A stretch of DNA of 64,000 nt from a bacterium (GCA_021781215.1 JAJXXC010000008.1:6965-70964), one strand, 5' to 3'; positions 1-10,083 are shown, counted from the first letter of the stretch. Notes: a model not told the origin generated them from the letters alone. A program made the numbers and translations.

Positions 1-282
1 AGCGGCGTGTTATCACTCCTAAGCAAAGACAATATTAATAACGAAGCGTTCAATATTGGAGATGATAGATCTGCGATATCGATACTTGAATTAGCAGAGC
101 TAATAGTTAAGGTTTTAGATTCGAAATCAAAAATAGTTATACTTGGAAACAATATCGAGGATGTAAAAACTAGAAGGCCAGACATAACCAAGGCCAAACA
201 GCTATTAGACTATAATCCCAAAGTTGATCTTAGCAAAGGGATTAGCGAAGTTGCAGGCTGGATCAGAAAAGACTCTAGGTAA
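1..282 (+). CDS. NAD-dependent epimerase/dehydratase (extended SDR), C-terminal part, truncated by window edge
   Basis: Frame open from base 1; FNIG..ISILELAE..RRPDITKAKQLLDYNPKVDLSKGI is the typical C-terminus of nucleotide-sugar epimerases/decarboxylases. Confidence 0.8.
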   Translation, partial: SGVLSLLSKDNINNEAFNIGDDRSAISILELAELIVKVLDSKSKIVILGNNIEDVKTRRPDITKAKQLLDYNPKVDLSKGISEVAGWIRKDSR

Positions 283-289
283 TAATGCT

Positions 290-1549
290 ATGAGTAAAAA
301 TAATCAATTATTGGATTATCAGGATCAAATCAATCTACTTAGAAAGCTGATTGAACTACACCCAATTTATGGTGCTGGAAGTCAAAAAGAATCTATAGAT
401 ATTATTGAGGAAATACTTCTTCAAAACAGTTGGAACGATATATATAGAGATGTATTTAAATCCAAAGAACTTATTAACGACAAGGGTTACGTTAGTATTA
501 AAGATTTCTCAGAAGAATTTAAAAATGATACAGAATTAGAAAAAATAAATCTTATATCAATTTTGGATAGTGGCTTCGATGGGCCAACAGTTATTCTAAA
601 TGGACACTATGATGTCGATATAGTTTCAAACCCACATCTATGGGAACATCGGGACGGATGGAAGAAAGCCAATATTATCGACAATAAGCTTTACGGAAGA
701 GGTTCTAGTGATATGCTAGCTGGTCTGACTTCTATGCTTTATGTCGCTAATAGTTTTACCAAAAAACAAAAACAGTGGGGAGGTAGGATAATCTTTTGTG
801 CTGTAACCGACGAGGAGCTGGGGGGTAATGGATCATTGCATGCCTTAAAAGTATTGGCTAAAAAGGGCTATCTTAATAATCCGGACGATTGCTTCGTTAT
901 CATAGCCGAACCTAGCGACAATATAATCGGCACAGAGTCACTGGGGTTTATTCATTTTAAAATCGTGATAAAAGGAAAGTCCGTACACATGGGGGTAGCG
1001 AACCAGAAAGATAACGCTATCTACAAAACTTACGAAATAATTGAAAACTTTAAAACAATAATCACCCACGCAACTGAATCATTTGGTAATACGGCCAAAC
1101 AATCTATTAAGTATAATTTCGGAATCATTAATGGCGGCAAAGACGCGGCTATCCCGATCGGAGAGATCAGCCTTGAAGGTGCAATTTTCCATCCCGAGGA
1201 TATTTCGATCGATAAATTGAAGGTAAATCTTAGGCATGAAATTAACAAATTTAACTCTGATGCATTAATTGATTTTTCGGATTTTGGTTTTAGCGGATTT
1301 AAATCTAGCCAGAATAAACTCTCAAGAATATTATTAGACACTCGAGTATCAGGTGATATAAAAGAAGGTTTATTTCCAAGTCCATGTGATGCCCGATTAT
1401 TTAATCTATACGGAATTAGCAATGTAGTCGTTTACGGTCCGGGCTCATTATCTCAGGCCCATTCCGAGAACGAGTATATTACTCTAGAATCAATCAAATC
1501 CTACAATGAGCATTTAGAGAAGGCTCTTGATATCTTATTAGCTAAATAA
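290..1549 (+). CDS. M20 family metallopeptidase/deacylase (ArgE/DapE-like)
   Basis: LNGHYDV, LYGRGSSDM, DEE, AEPS and GPGS..QAH..NE motifs; start taken at ATG 290, just after the upstream stop. Confidence 0.85.
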   Translation: MSKNNQLLDYQDQINLLRKLIELHPIYGAGSQKESIDIIEEILLQNSWNDIYRDVFKSKELINDKGYVSIKDFSEEFKNDTELEKINLISILDSGFDGPTVILNGHYDVDIVSNPHLWEHRDGWKKANIIDNKLYGRGSSDMLAGLTSMLYVANSFTKKQKQWGGRIIFCAVTDEELGGNGSLHALKVLAKKGYLNNPDDCFVIIAEPSDNIIGTESLGFIHFKIVIKGKSVHMGVANQKDNAIYKTYEIIENFKTIITHATESFGNTAKQSIKYNFGIINGGKDAAIPIGEISLEGAIFHPEDISIDKLKVNLRHEINKFNSDALIDFSDFGFSGFKSSQNKLSRILLDTRVSGDIKEGLFPSPCDARLFNLYGISNVVVYGPGSLSQAHSENEYITLESIKSYNEHLEKALDILLAK

Positions 1550-1559
1550 TATATAAATT

Positions 1560-2774
1560 ATGGATACTAGATTTCCACCTCAACCTAAAAGAATCAAAGT
1601 ACCCTTGTATCCCCAATTAGGAAAATTGATACCAGCCTCAGTGCTTAATAAAAATAACAGTTTGATGGATTTGATGTCTCAGATATTAGGTATGAATAAA
1701 GATAAGATTATTCTGGCGAATTCAGCTTCTGATGCTCTATATGAGTTTCTTAGAATAGTCAGAGTAGACCGGAATAAAAAACTACTGGTTGGCATGCCAT
1801 CATTTAATTGTATTGACGTGGCTGAAGCCGTGGTAGCTGCCGGATGTACCCCAGTCTTTACCGATATCGATAAGTCATTAATGATGACCGAGAAAAATAT
1901 AGATTTTATGATAGCTCAAAAATGTGAATATTTTATATGGCCTAATTTCTTTGGGGCTAGACATAGAGACAGAATGTTTGCAGAAAAACTTATCAAAAAT
2001 AATATCAAAATAATACTGGACGAAGCTCAATCATTCCCGTTTTACTATGATGAGATTAAGCCATTCGTAGATAAATATGCCCATCTGGTGCTAATCTCAT
2101 TTGGCCATAGTAAACCTATATCTGGGGTTGGTGGTGGAGCTATTTTTATGAACCAACCAAATACTAGTTTTCAGAAAATGAAAGGTTATCCAGAAGAAAG
2201 TAGAAATGAAGCTTATTTCAACTTAGTTAAAAAAGTTATGAAACAAAGAATAAATTGGCGAAGTCCACGGATTGCCAAAAAATTAGCAATAAATCCTAAA
2301 AGAGAAAAGAAGTTAGAAGTATTGCTCAATCAAAGAATAGGCAAAAAGAAATATGATCCAATTAGCCGATATCAGTCTCAGGTTGCCTATAAAAATCTAA
2401 AAACTATTAATTCGAAAAAATTCATACAATCCTATTCAATGAGATATGAAAAACTAAATAAACTTTTAAAATCAAAAGAGGGTAGTGTTGGACTAAACTA
2501 TCTCAACCAGGTCATTGGAGAACCGGCATCTATTGCTTTATCCTTAGACCCAAATCGAAGGTATGAAATCTTTACGCGTTTCTCGAATCAATCTATTGAA
2601 ACAACCTGGTATTATTATCCGATTAGCTTACTGGATAAATATAGAAAATACCCATGTGAGACTATTATTAATACCATTGGAATATCTTCGAGTATTATCA
2701 TTATTCCATTTAGATGGCAGCATAGTAACAGACAAATAAATAGATTAATAGATTCTCTAAAAGTAATCCTGTAG
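1560..2774 (+). CDS. DegT/DnrJ/EryC1/StrS-family PLP-dependent aminotransferase-like protein (divergent)
   Basis: NSASDAL, MPSFNC, PVFTDID, DEAQS and SFGHSKP (PLP lysine), GGGA. Confidence 0.75.
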   Translation: MDTRFPPQPKRIKVPLYPQLGKLIPASVLNKNNSLMDLMSQILGMNKDKIILANSASDALYEFLRIVRVDRNKKLLVGMPSFNCIDVAEAVVAAGCTPVFTDIDKSLMMTEKNIDFMIAQKCEYFIWPNFFGARHRDRMFAEKLIKNNIKIILDEAQSFPFYYDEIKPFVDKYAHLVLISFGHSKPISGVGGGAIFMNQPNTSFQKMKGYPEESRNEAYFNLVKKVMKQRINWRSPRIAKKLAINPKREKKLEVLLNQRIGKKKYDPISRYQSQVAYKNLKTINSKKFIQSYSMRYEKLNKLLKSKEGSVGLNYLNQVIGEPASIALSLDPNRRYEIFTRFSNQSIETTWYYYPISLLDKYRKYPCETIINTIGISSSIIIIPFRWQHSNRQINRLIDSLKVIL

Positions 2775-2791
2775 ATGGAGCGGTATATATT

Positions 2792-3715
2792 ATGAAAATA
2801 AATCTACTTAATAAAACTGAATGGTCAATGAAATTGAAGCTCAGTCCGTATCGAACCGTATTTCATGAATATTGGTGGGGTAAATTTACCACTGAATATT
2901 TAGGAGGTGAATTCTTCCCAATTTTAGTAGAAGATGAAAACAGGCAGTGGCTACTACCTTGTTATATAGGTAAGCCATGGTCCGAGAATGATCAGGTAAG
3001 TATTGGCGGTATAGGTTATGGTGGACCGCTGCCATTGTATGAAATTAATAGTCCTGCGATAGAAGGGAATAGAGTGTCCGAGATACTGCCAGAGATTGCA
3101 CAGTATTTTAAAAAGAACTCTATCAAAGCAACCCTATATTCGGATAAATCTTGGAGCTTAATTGAAGACAACAGATTCCAGATGTCTTCCACAGTAAAAA
3201 TTCCATTAATAAGGTCTAAGGATTATATGTTTGAGAATATACTCACCGGGAATGTCAGGACAGCAATCAGGAAAGCACATAAGAGTGATGTAGTTGTCCG
3301 GGGAATTAATAGTTCTGAAGATGAACTGGCTCAATCATACAATCTATTGATAGATACCCAGAAACGAGTCAATTCAAAATACGTCACGGATCGAAAATTA
3401 TTTATGTCATTAGCCCAAAACAATAATTACCAAAAATCAAAATGTTTTGTAGCAATTAAAGATAGTCGCATATTAGCTACCACTATTTTGGTCTGGAATG
3501 ATTTAGAGGCCTTTCACTTATTCCATGGATGGGACAAAAATTATGATAGTCTATGCGCTAACCAATCCATCCTATGGGAAATGATAAATTTTGCGAAAGA
3601 TGAAAAATTGGAATCTTTCAATATGGGTGAATCTCATAGCGAAAACCTACTTAGAGCTAAATTAAGATGGGGTGGAAGGGTTGAGCTAGTGCCGAGAATA
3701 TCGTTATATATTTGA
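2792..3715 (+). CDS. GNAT-fold / FemAB-like acyltransferase
   Basis: N-terminal FH..WW, RTAIRKA, LWEMI..A..FNMG..L..K.RWGG pattern of GNAT/FemAB-like proteins in sugar clusters. Confidence 0.7.
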   Translation: MKINLLNKTEWSMKLKLSPYRTVFHEYWWGKFTTEYLGGEFFPILVEDENRQWLLPCYIGKPWSENDQVSIGGIGYGGPLPLYEINSPAIEGNRVSEILPEIAQYFKKNSIKATLYSDKSWSLIEDNRFQMSSTVKIPLIRSKDYMFENILTGNVRTAIRKAHKSDVVVRGINSSEDELAQSYNLLIDTQKRVNSKYVTDRKLFMSLAQNNNYQKSKCFVAIKDSRILATTILVWNDLEAFHLFHGWDKNYDSLCANQSILWEMINFAKDEKLESFNMGESHSENLLRAKLRWGGRVELVPRISLYI

Positions 3716-4606
3716 TAGAGTAGCTTCAGCCCAATTTATCATCTTGAGTCCATTTTCCCTCACATAATAATCGTTTTCTTGTATCTCAAAATTAACGATA
3801 GTTTCTGAATTAGATAATTTATTGATTTGAAGCAATATGTTAGTATAAACCGTTTCCGGCATCGAACCATTCATAGGCAGCATTCCATCAAAATATCCTA
3901 ATTCCTCTTGGGGGATATTTAAGCCTTTGTACGCAGCAAAATGCCAGTGAGCTATTCTTTCGCCTAGACGCTGAAAATCGTATAAATCTACATCTTGATA
4001 ATTTAAAATTGCGGCTTTAGGCAGCAATCCTTGCTTAACTGCTTCCAGGTAACCAAGGGTACTGGTAGAATGACAGACGTCCCAGACAACTTTTACTTTT
4101 TCATCAAGATTAGAAAAGTCTTTTGAGTAGCAGAACATAGGATCTAGATCATTTCCTTCATTACCGATAACAGGCATATTTTCTAAACCCAACCAGGTTC
4201 TTGTTGGATCTTGTCCATTAACTACATCTGATAATTTTTCACAAACCCTATCCCTCTGCTCGTCCATGTTTAGTTTTATCCACTCGTTACTAGACAAAAT
4301 TTTATTCGAATGTACGACTACTCCGTCTAGGCCGATATCAGAGGCTCTTTTAAAAGTTTCTTGAAGCCTACTGTATACAAATTTATCATCAACATATTCA
4401 GAGCCATTCATTGGAAAATGATAGGTAACATTGTAGGGGCCGTAAATATCTACAGCTTTTTTTACATTCCTCCAAATCTTATCCCAATTTTGCTTATCTA
4501 AGTCAGACCTAACAAAACTTATCGCCTCGACCGCATCAATGCCATAAATATTCTTGTCGGGTAATTGTTTGAGATCACTTGCTAGAAACGATAGTGATAA
4601 TTTCAT
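3704..4606 (-). CDS. Xylose isomerase-like TIM-barrel protein (sugar phosphate isomerase/AP endonuclease 2 family)
   Basis: TYHFP, VVVH, LENMP, WDVCH, HWH and FEI metal-binding pattern. Confidence 0.7.
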   Translation of the reverse strand: MKLSLSFLASDLKQLPDKNIYGIDAVEAISFVRSDLDKQNWDKIWRNVKKAVDIYGPYNVTYHFPMNGSEYVDDKFVYSRLQETFKRASDIGLDGVVVHSNKILSSNEWIKLNMDEQRDRVCEKLSDVVNGQDPTRTWLGLENMPVIGNEGNDLDPMFCYSKDFSNLDEKVKVVWDVCHSTSTLGYLEAVKQGLLPKAAILNYQDVDLYDFQRLGERIAHWHFAAYKGLNIPQEELGYFDGMLPMNGSMPETVYTNILLQINKLSNSETIVNFEIQENDYYVRENGLKMINWAEATLSNI

Positions 4607-4607
4607 G

Positions 4608-5744
4608 CTAAATATTGAGGAAATTATTTATCTCACCTATAACGTAATCTTGGTCCTCCAAAGATAGAGTAGGGAACATTGGAATACTCAAACATCCAGC
4701 ATAATAATTCTCAGTATTAGTCAGCGGAGAATCACTTGCATTAAAATATTTAGCGTAAGCTGGCTGCATGTGAAGTGGTACATAGTGAACCTGGGCATAG
4801 ATACCTTTTGACTTCAGATAATCATACATGCCTTTACGATTTTTAACCTGGGTAGTATATAGGTGATAGGCATTAAGACCATTTGGTATATTCGATTGTA
4901 ATTTTATATTTTTATTATTTTCAAAAGCTTTAGTATACCTATCGGCTAATCGTCTTCTATTAGATAAATTTTCATTAATTCGAGACAGCTGGCTATTTCC
5001 AAGAGATGCATTAATATCACTCATTCTATAGTTATAGCCAACATCATCTATTTCGTAATACCAACCTTCTTCACTAGATTGCTGTTTCGACCTATCCATA
5101 TTATGTGATCGGGATAATTTAATTTTTTCGTATAGCTTAGGATTATTAGTTGTAATCATGCCTCCTTCGCCAGTAGTAATATGTTTAGCGGGATGAAATG
5201 AAAAAACTGTTATATCCGAATATTTTGCATTACCAACTAAATCATCATTAAGCACTCCGCCTAATGAGTGAGCCGCGTCTTCAATTAGCCAAAGTTTGTA
5301 TTTATCACAAATCGTTTTTAGTTTTATGACATCTGATGGGAGCCCGGCATAATCAACTGTAATAATCCCGGCATATTTATCTGGATTTTGAAGTAATCTT
5401 TTTTCGATTATATTAATATCCATTAGCAACGTTTGTGGATCTATATCAATAAATTCTATATTTCCACCACTATAGAGTACGGCATTAGCCGTGGCTGCAA
5501 ACGTTAAGGAAGGGAGTAAAACAAATTTATCTTTTGGAATACCTAATGCTTTTACGGCCAGGTGCAACCCAGCAGTTCCGCTCGAAACCGATAATGCGTA
5601 TTCTGATTGGACATATTTTCTAAAATTCTCTTCAAACAGAACTACATTTTCACCACCAGTTAAGAAACCAGACTTAAGAACACTGGTAACTGAATCAACA
5701 TCATTCTCCGTTATATCATGTTTTGCATAGGGTATATTGCGCAT
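4608..5744 (-). CDS. PseC-like nucleotide-sugar aminotransferase (DegT family)
   Basis: IPYAKH.I...D, SSGTAGLH, EDAAHSLG, FSFHPAKHITTGEGG, GYNYRMSD, VHYVP; closest in pattern to PseC, but no other pse genes adjacent. Confidence 0.85.
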   Translation of the reverse strand: MRNIPYAKHDITENDVDSVTSVLKSGFLTGGENVVLFEENFRKYVQSEYALSVSSGTAGLHLAVKALGIPKDKFVLLPSLTFAATANAVLYSGGNIEFIDIDPQTLLMDINIIEKRLLQNPDKYAGIITVDYAGLPSDVIKLKTICDKYKLWLIEDAAHSLGGVLNDDLVGNAKYSDITVFSFHPAKHITTGEGGMITTNNPKLYEKIKLSRSHNMDRSKQQSSEEGWYYEIDDVGYNYRMSDINASLGNSQLSRINENLSNRRRLADRYTKAFENNKNIKLQSNIPNGLNAYHLYTTQVKNRKGMYDYLKSKGIYAQVHYVPLHMQPAYAKYFNASDSPLTNTENYYAGCLSIPMFPTLSLEDQDYVIGEINNFLNI

Positions 5745-5811
5745 TAGATCAGTCCTATCAATCTACTTTACAATTTAATTATATCTATACCTACAGAATT
5801 TAACTAAATTA

Positions 5812-6621
5812 CTATCTAAGTGCCTCAACTATAGTTTGGTGCAATTTGCCATTAGAGGTAATCGAACCGCCAGATCCATTACTTAGATCTTGAGTCCCAT
5901 CAATTGCCGTCCAAGTTCCGCCCGATTCTGCTATCCCGATTTTTACTGCCGCGATATCATGATACTCGGTTAGAAAATCTATCATCACATCAGCGTGACC
6001 TCTCATAATTTCAGCGTGACCAAAAGCATCAGCATATCCTCTTTCGGCATATGCACTTAAGACTATCTTTGATAATTGATCTAATCTATTAGCTTTTTTA
6101 GCAAAATCAATACCATTATGAAGTACATATGCCTCTGGAAGTGAGCTAACACTGGAAGCCTGAAGTTTATTAATTTTATTGTTAGATATCTCCCAGCAAC
6201 CTTTATTAATTTCAGCAAATATTAATTCATTTCTAGCAGGAAAAGTAATGAAGCCCGTGGTAGTTATATCTGTGTCATCTAGAGCTAAAAGTGTTGCCCA
6301 AAATTCTTGCCCATGTATGAACTGTATCGTGCCGTCAATTGGATCAAGCGTCCATAATCTACCATTCTTTGAATCTCGTAAAAATCCTTCTTCTCCCTGA
6401 AACCCATCATCGGGTAAAATTTTGCCAAGTCGGTTAAATACATACTCTTCGATAGCTTTATCGGCATAAGTTACTGGTGAACCATCGAGTTTATGTTCCA
6501 CAGAGTCTGATTTATGTTGATAGGATAGTGCTATACCGCCAACCGTTCTAATCATTGGCAATATCTCATCAAAAACCTCAGATCGAGGATATCCATCGTT
6601 TAGCCTATACAACTCATTCAT
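5812..6621 (-). CDS. Inositol monophosphatase family protein (HisN-like)
   Basis: K.DGSPVT.AD, GEE, DPIDGT, DIAA motifs; start at ATG 6621, 9 nt downstream of a consensus promoter. Confidence 0.85.
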   Translation of the reverse strand: MNELYRLNDGYPRSEVFDEILPMIRTVGGIALSYQHKSDSVEHKLDGSPVTYADKAIEEYVFNRLGKILPDDGFQGEEGFLRDSKNGRLWTLDPIDGTIQFIHGQEFWATLLALDDTDITTTGFITFPARNELIFAEINKGCWEISNNKINKLQASSVSSLPEAYVLHNGIDFAKKANRLDQLSKIVLSAYAERGYADAFGHAEIMRGHADVMIDFLTEYHDIAAVKIGIAESGGTWTAIDGTQDLSNGSGGSITSNGKLHQTIVEALR

Positions 6622-6630
6622 AATGTACTG

Positions 6631-6659
6631 ATTATATAACATTTGAGCGATATTATCAA
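6631..6659 (-). promoter_or_regulatory. sigma70-type promoter of the IMPase gene
   Basis: Minus strand TTGATA-17nt-TATAAT, 9 nt before ATG. Confidence 0.7.
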
Positions 6660-6671
6660 GTATTCTAGGAT

Positions 6672-6696
6672 GGCGACTATCCCATGACAGCAAGTA
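6672..6696. repeat. Left 25-bp inverted repeat of the small-ORF cassette
   Basis: GGCGACTATCCCatgACAGCAAGTA matches the reverse complement of 7631-7655 at 23/25. Confidence 0.85.
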
Positions 6697-6745
6697 AAAA
6701 TAGGAAGATTTCCTTATGAGGTGGTTTAGGCGTTATAATAAACGC

Positions 6746-6988
6746 ATGGAAAGTGATAAAAAAATACAAGATAAAATTACTTGGCTTAACGAGAAATATC
6801 CGCCAGCTAAATGGGATTCAGTTGAGGGGTTTCACTCAACATCTTCAGTAACAATTGGATTAAATTCTAGTATAGATCCCGGGCGAGGAATAATTTTCAA
6901 GTTATTTATAAATACTGAAACGTCGGAGGTTAAATTCTTCCCTTATCGAGAATTTCTACACAAAGTAATAATGCCAAAGAAGAAATAG
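6746..6988 (+). CDS. Small hypothetical protein
   Basis: ORF; ATG 6746 lies 6 nt after TATAAT (6734-6739), suggesting a leaderless start. Confidence 0.55.
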   Translation: MESDKKIQDKITWLNEKYPPAKWDSVEGFHSTSSVTIGLNSSIDPGRGIIFKLFINTETSEVKFFPYREFLHKVIMPKKK

Positions 6989-6989
6989 T

Positions 6990-7208
6990 ATGGCTGGCAT
7001 AAATCTTGACGAACAATTTAGAGAATTGTCAGATAAAGTTAAAAACATTAATACTACAATGGCACTCGTTGTTATTGTGTTATTCGTTGGTTTCATTACC
7101 ATGCTTGTTGGATTCATTAGTCTTATAGATAGTTCTAACGGAAGCAAGCAAGCTAGCTACCAGCAATTAGTTACCGAGGTACAACAGCTAAACGATAAGG
7201 TTAAATAA
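6990..7208 (+). CDS. Small hypothetical membrane protein (1 TM)
   Basis: 72 aa; hydrophobic MALVVIVLFVGFITMLVGFISLI; starts 1 nt after the previous stop. Confidence 0.6.
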   Translation: MAGINLDEQFRELSDKVKNINTTMALVVIVLFVGFITMLVGFISLIDSSNGSKQASYQQLVTEVQQLNDKVK

Positions 7209-7261
7209 ATGAGTAAAAAACTACTCAAACAATTAATTAAACGGGCATCACAGAAAATTGT

Positions 7262-7606
7262 ATGAAGATAAATGACAAACTAGTTAAGGGGTATGTTATT
7301 GGGTCGTCGGTAGCAATCTTAGCTCTTATTGGTGGCATGATTTATCTTGGAATGCAACTACATCAGGTTAATAAAAACGTTCAGGGTGTAAACAACACTA
7401 GTACTCCAGATTATTCGTCTCAACTTGATAGTATATCTAATTCTATTAGCGACTTAACTAATAAGGTGGGTAATCTTTCTACTCCAGGGTTCACATCTTT
7501 GACGTGTACAGGGTCTAATTCATCTGCAGGCTCTGGTAGTAGTATTGGAAGTTATACATCATACACCTTTAACGGTAGTATAACGCTTAACTGTAGACCC
7601 CTATAA
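7262..7606 (+). CDS. Hypothetical membrane-anchored/exported protein, Ser/Thr/Gly-rich with two C-terminal Cys
   Basis: N-terminal TM, short heptad segment, LTCTG...LNCRPL end. Confidence 0.6.
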   Translation: MKINDKLVKGYVIGSSVAILALIGGMIYLGMQLHQVNKNVQGVNNTSTPDYSSQLDSISNSISDLTNKVGNLSTPGFTSLTCTGSNSSAGSGSSIGSYTSYTFNGSITLNCRPL

Positions 7607-7630
7607 TCCTAAGTCCTTATCTAATCTGTC

Positions 7631-7655
7631 TACTTGCTGTTAAGGGATAGTCGCC
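7631..7655. repeat. Right 25-bp inverted repeat of the small-ORF cassette
   Basis: TACTTGCTGTtaaGGGATAGTCGCC, inverse of 6672-6696. Confidence 0.85.
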
Positions 7656-7700
7656 GGGTGAATGAGCTTTTTTTAGCCCTATCTTGCAATAAAGTCCGTG

Positions 7701-7776
7701 TGGTGACCCCGGCGGGATTCGAACCCGCGATTTTCTGGATGAGAACCAGATGTCCTAACCGCTAGACGACGGGGCC
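7701..7776 (-). tRNA. tRNA-Glu (anticodon CTC), CCA encoded
   Basis: Minus strand GGCCCCGTCGTCTAGCGGTTAGGACATCTGGTTCTCATCCAGAAAATCGCGGGTTCGAATCCCGCCGGGGTCACCA; 76-nt cloverleaf with TTCGAAT T-loop. Confidence 0.97.
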
Positions 7777-7874
7777 AATTACTTCATTCTAGCATAACAG
7801 ATCGTAGGAAAATATTAACTGATTAATGCTGCTTATGATTTGAATAGAAATAAATCTAATGTATCCTTGAAATC

Positions 7875-8159
7875 ATGACTATTCACGAAGAGTTAAGAAT
7901 AATTTCCACAGAACAATTGCTTGATGTTATGGAATCAGATTTTGAAACACCTCGTAGAAGTGAAGATTATGAAGACCACATGGACTACTTAAAGAATGCC
8001 TATCCGAATATATTTGAGTTTATAGTAAGGACGGTATCTGATGGGTTACCATTTGAAAGCGAAGAACAGGCTGACTTTTTCTTAGGTGGTGCAGTGTATG
8101 CGACCGTGGCCTTATGTAGAAACGCCGAAATTCTAGGCCTACGAAATAGTTTAAGTTAA
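7875..8159 (+). CDS. Hypothetical protein (acidic, 94 aa)
   Basis: Stand-alone ORF with protein-like composition; no recognised motif. Confidence 0.55.
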   Translation: MTIHEELRIISTEQLLDVMESDFETPRRSEDYEDHMDYLKNAYPNIFEFIVRTVSDGLPFESEEQADFFLGGAVYATVALCRNAEILGLRNSLS

Positions 8160-8264
8160 CGATTAACTAGCGTATTAAGTTATTTTATAACTGTTGGCTT
8201 AAATAAGAGACATTGGCTATAATAAAGACAAAGAACAAGCTTATGATGACTATAGAGGGCACCG

Positions 8265-10013
8265 ATGGTCGCAGATAAATATTACAAGATATATAGATGG
8301 TTTCTATTGGCGAGTTCAATAGGGATGATCATAGCCTGGGCCGTTTTTAACCTAGTGCCATCATTAAAAAACTCTGCGTCGAAGGACGGCTTAATACTTG
8401 CAGTCCTTATTTCTAACACTATATCCGTAATCTATCTTTTGGCATTCTTCAACATTGTTGGCAAAAAATTTAACTATTGGCAATCAACACTTTTAGGTTT
8501 ATTAATATTTACATTTGGAGTTGGAGCGGCAATTAGGATAGATACCGTATCTCATTCTGGAATCGCTTTGCTTTATTTTGTCATCGTATGGCTAATCCAA
8601 ATGGCATGGTCGGGGATATTTGGTTGGCAGGCAATTGTAATTTTGAACTTTTTTACCATAACTTTTGTCTATTTTGGAGGCTTCTCGAATAAATATCTTC
8701 TCTTAATGGTATTTGGCGGTTTAATTCTAAGCCCACTATTTCAGATATTAGTATGGGGGAAACTTCAGGGTAAGGTTTTCGATGGGATAAATCGAAATAA
8801 TAAAATAAATCCTCTTAGCGGGACAATGGGTGAATCAAGGTCTAGTGCGGAAGGGCTAATCAATTCAATCAACGAGGGTGTAGTTGTAATCGACAAAACT
8901 AGTAGAATTACTATTTTTAATCCGACGGCCGAAGTTCTAACTGAATGGTCTTCTGATGATGCGAAGAATATTGACGTCAATTTAGTTGTAAAAATACTCC
9001 AAGAAAATGGTCAACCTTTTTCCCAACAAGACAATCCATTTAATTCCATCCTTCAGACACAAAAAAAGATTGATTCGACTGTGCAACTAGTAAGCAAATC
9101 AGGCAAACAAATCTTTATTTCTTTAGTGGCTGCGCCAATTATCGTTAACGGCCAAATGACCGGAGTGGCCTTTACTATGAGGGATATCACGGTTCAGCGA
9201 AATGCCGAGCAACAAAAATTAGACTTTATATCAACCGCTAGTCACGAAATGCGTACCCCGGTAGCGGCTATAGAAGGGTATTTATCTCTGGCCCTAAACG
9301 ACAAAACTAGTAGTATCGATGCAAGGGCAAGGGGATTTCTAGAAAAGGCTCATAATAGCACTAGGCAATTAGGCAAACTATTTCAAGATTTATTAAACAG
9401 CTCTAAGGCGGAAGACGGCAGATTAACCAATCACCCGGAAGTTATTGAGCTAAGTGATTACATTAGTAAAATGGCGGAAGGATTTCAACTTGCTGCAGAA
9501 CAAAAGCATCTAATAGTAAACTTTACACTTATAAATACTAAACCCGACCAAGCAGCCCCTCAGGGCAAAATAATTACACCCTTATTTTACGTATACGTTG
9601 ACCCAAGTCGCCTAATGGAAGTATTAACCAACCTGTTTGATAACGCCGTAAAATATACTGAAGCCGGAAGTATTACCATAGGCCTTGGTGGTACCGACAC
9701 TGAAGTTACATTATCAGTCAAAGATACTGGTGTCGGCATACCGGCCGAGAGCATCGATCATCTATTTCAAAAATTTTACCGAGTAGACAATTCGGCGGTT
9801 AGAACTATTGGCGGGACAGGATTAGGGCTATATATAAGTAAAAAAATTGTCGAACTATACAGAGGAAGAATCTGGGCTGAAAGCGAAGTTGGAAAGGGTA
9901 CTACTTTCTTTATTAATTTACCTAGACTATCCCAACAACAGGTTGAAACCCTTAGATCTCAAAACGATTCGCAAACACAAACTACTACATCGGCAATTAA
10001 TCCAACGGTGTAA
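8265..10013 (+). CDS. Membrane-bound PAS-domain sensor histidine kinase
   Basis: N-terminal TMs, PAS domain, H-box SHEMRTP, N-box NLFDNAVKY, G1 DTGVGI, G2 GTGLGL. Confidence 0.95.
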   Translation: MVADKYYKIYRWFLLASSIGMIIAWAVFNLVPSLKNSASKDGLILAVLISNTISVIYLLAFFNIVGKKFNYWQSTLLGLLIFTFGVGAAIRIDTVSHSGIALLYFVIVWLIQMAWSGIFGWQAIVILNFFTITFVYFGGFSNKYLLLMVFGGLILSPLFQILVWGKLQGKVFDGINRNNKINPLSGTMGESRSSAEGLINSINEGVVVIDKTSRITIFNPTAEVLTEWSSDDAKNIDVNLVVKILQENGQPFSQQDNPFNSILQTQKKIDSTVQLVSKSGKQIFISLVAAPIIVNGQMTGVAFTMRDITVQRNAEQQKLDFISTASHEMRTPVAAIEGYLSLALNDKTSSIDARARGFLEKAHNSTRQLGKLFQDLLNSSKAEDGRLTNHPEVIELSDYISKMAEGFQLAAEQKHLIVNFTLINTKPDQAAPQGKIITPLFYVYVDPSRLMEVLTNLFDNAVKYTEAGSITIGLGGTDTEVTLSVKDTGVGIPAESIDHLFQKFYRVDNSAVRTIGGTGLGLYISKKIVELYRGRIWAESEVGKGTTFFINLPRLSQQQVETLRSQNDSQTQTTTSAINPTV

Positions 10014-10083
10014 TGTTTCCATGATATAATCATAATCAGTATAATATTTACAATTCTTAACAAACTAAAAAAGGAATAAAACC

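Noticed and set aside
6665..7665. Classical IS/MITE with target-site duplication
   Set aside because: Flanks (..CTAGGAT and GGGTGAA..) show no direct repeat and there is no transposase; kept only as an inverted-repeat cassette
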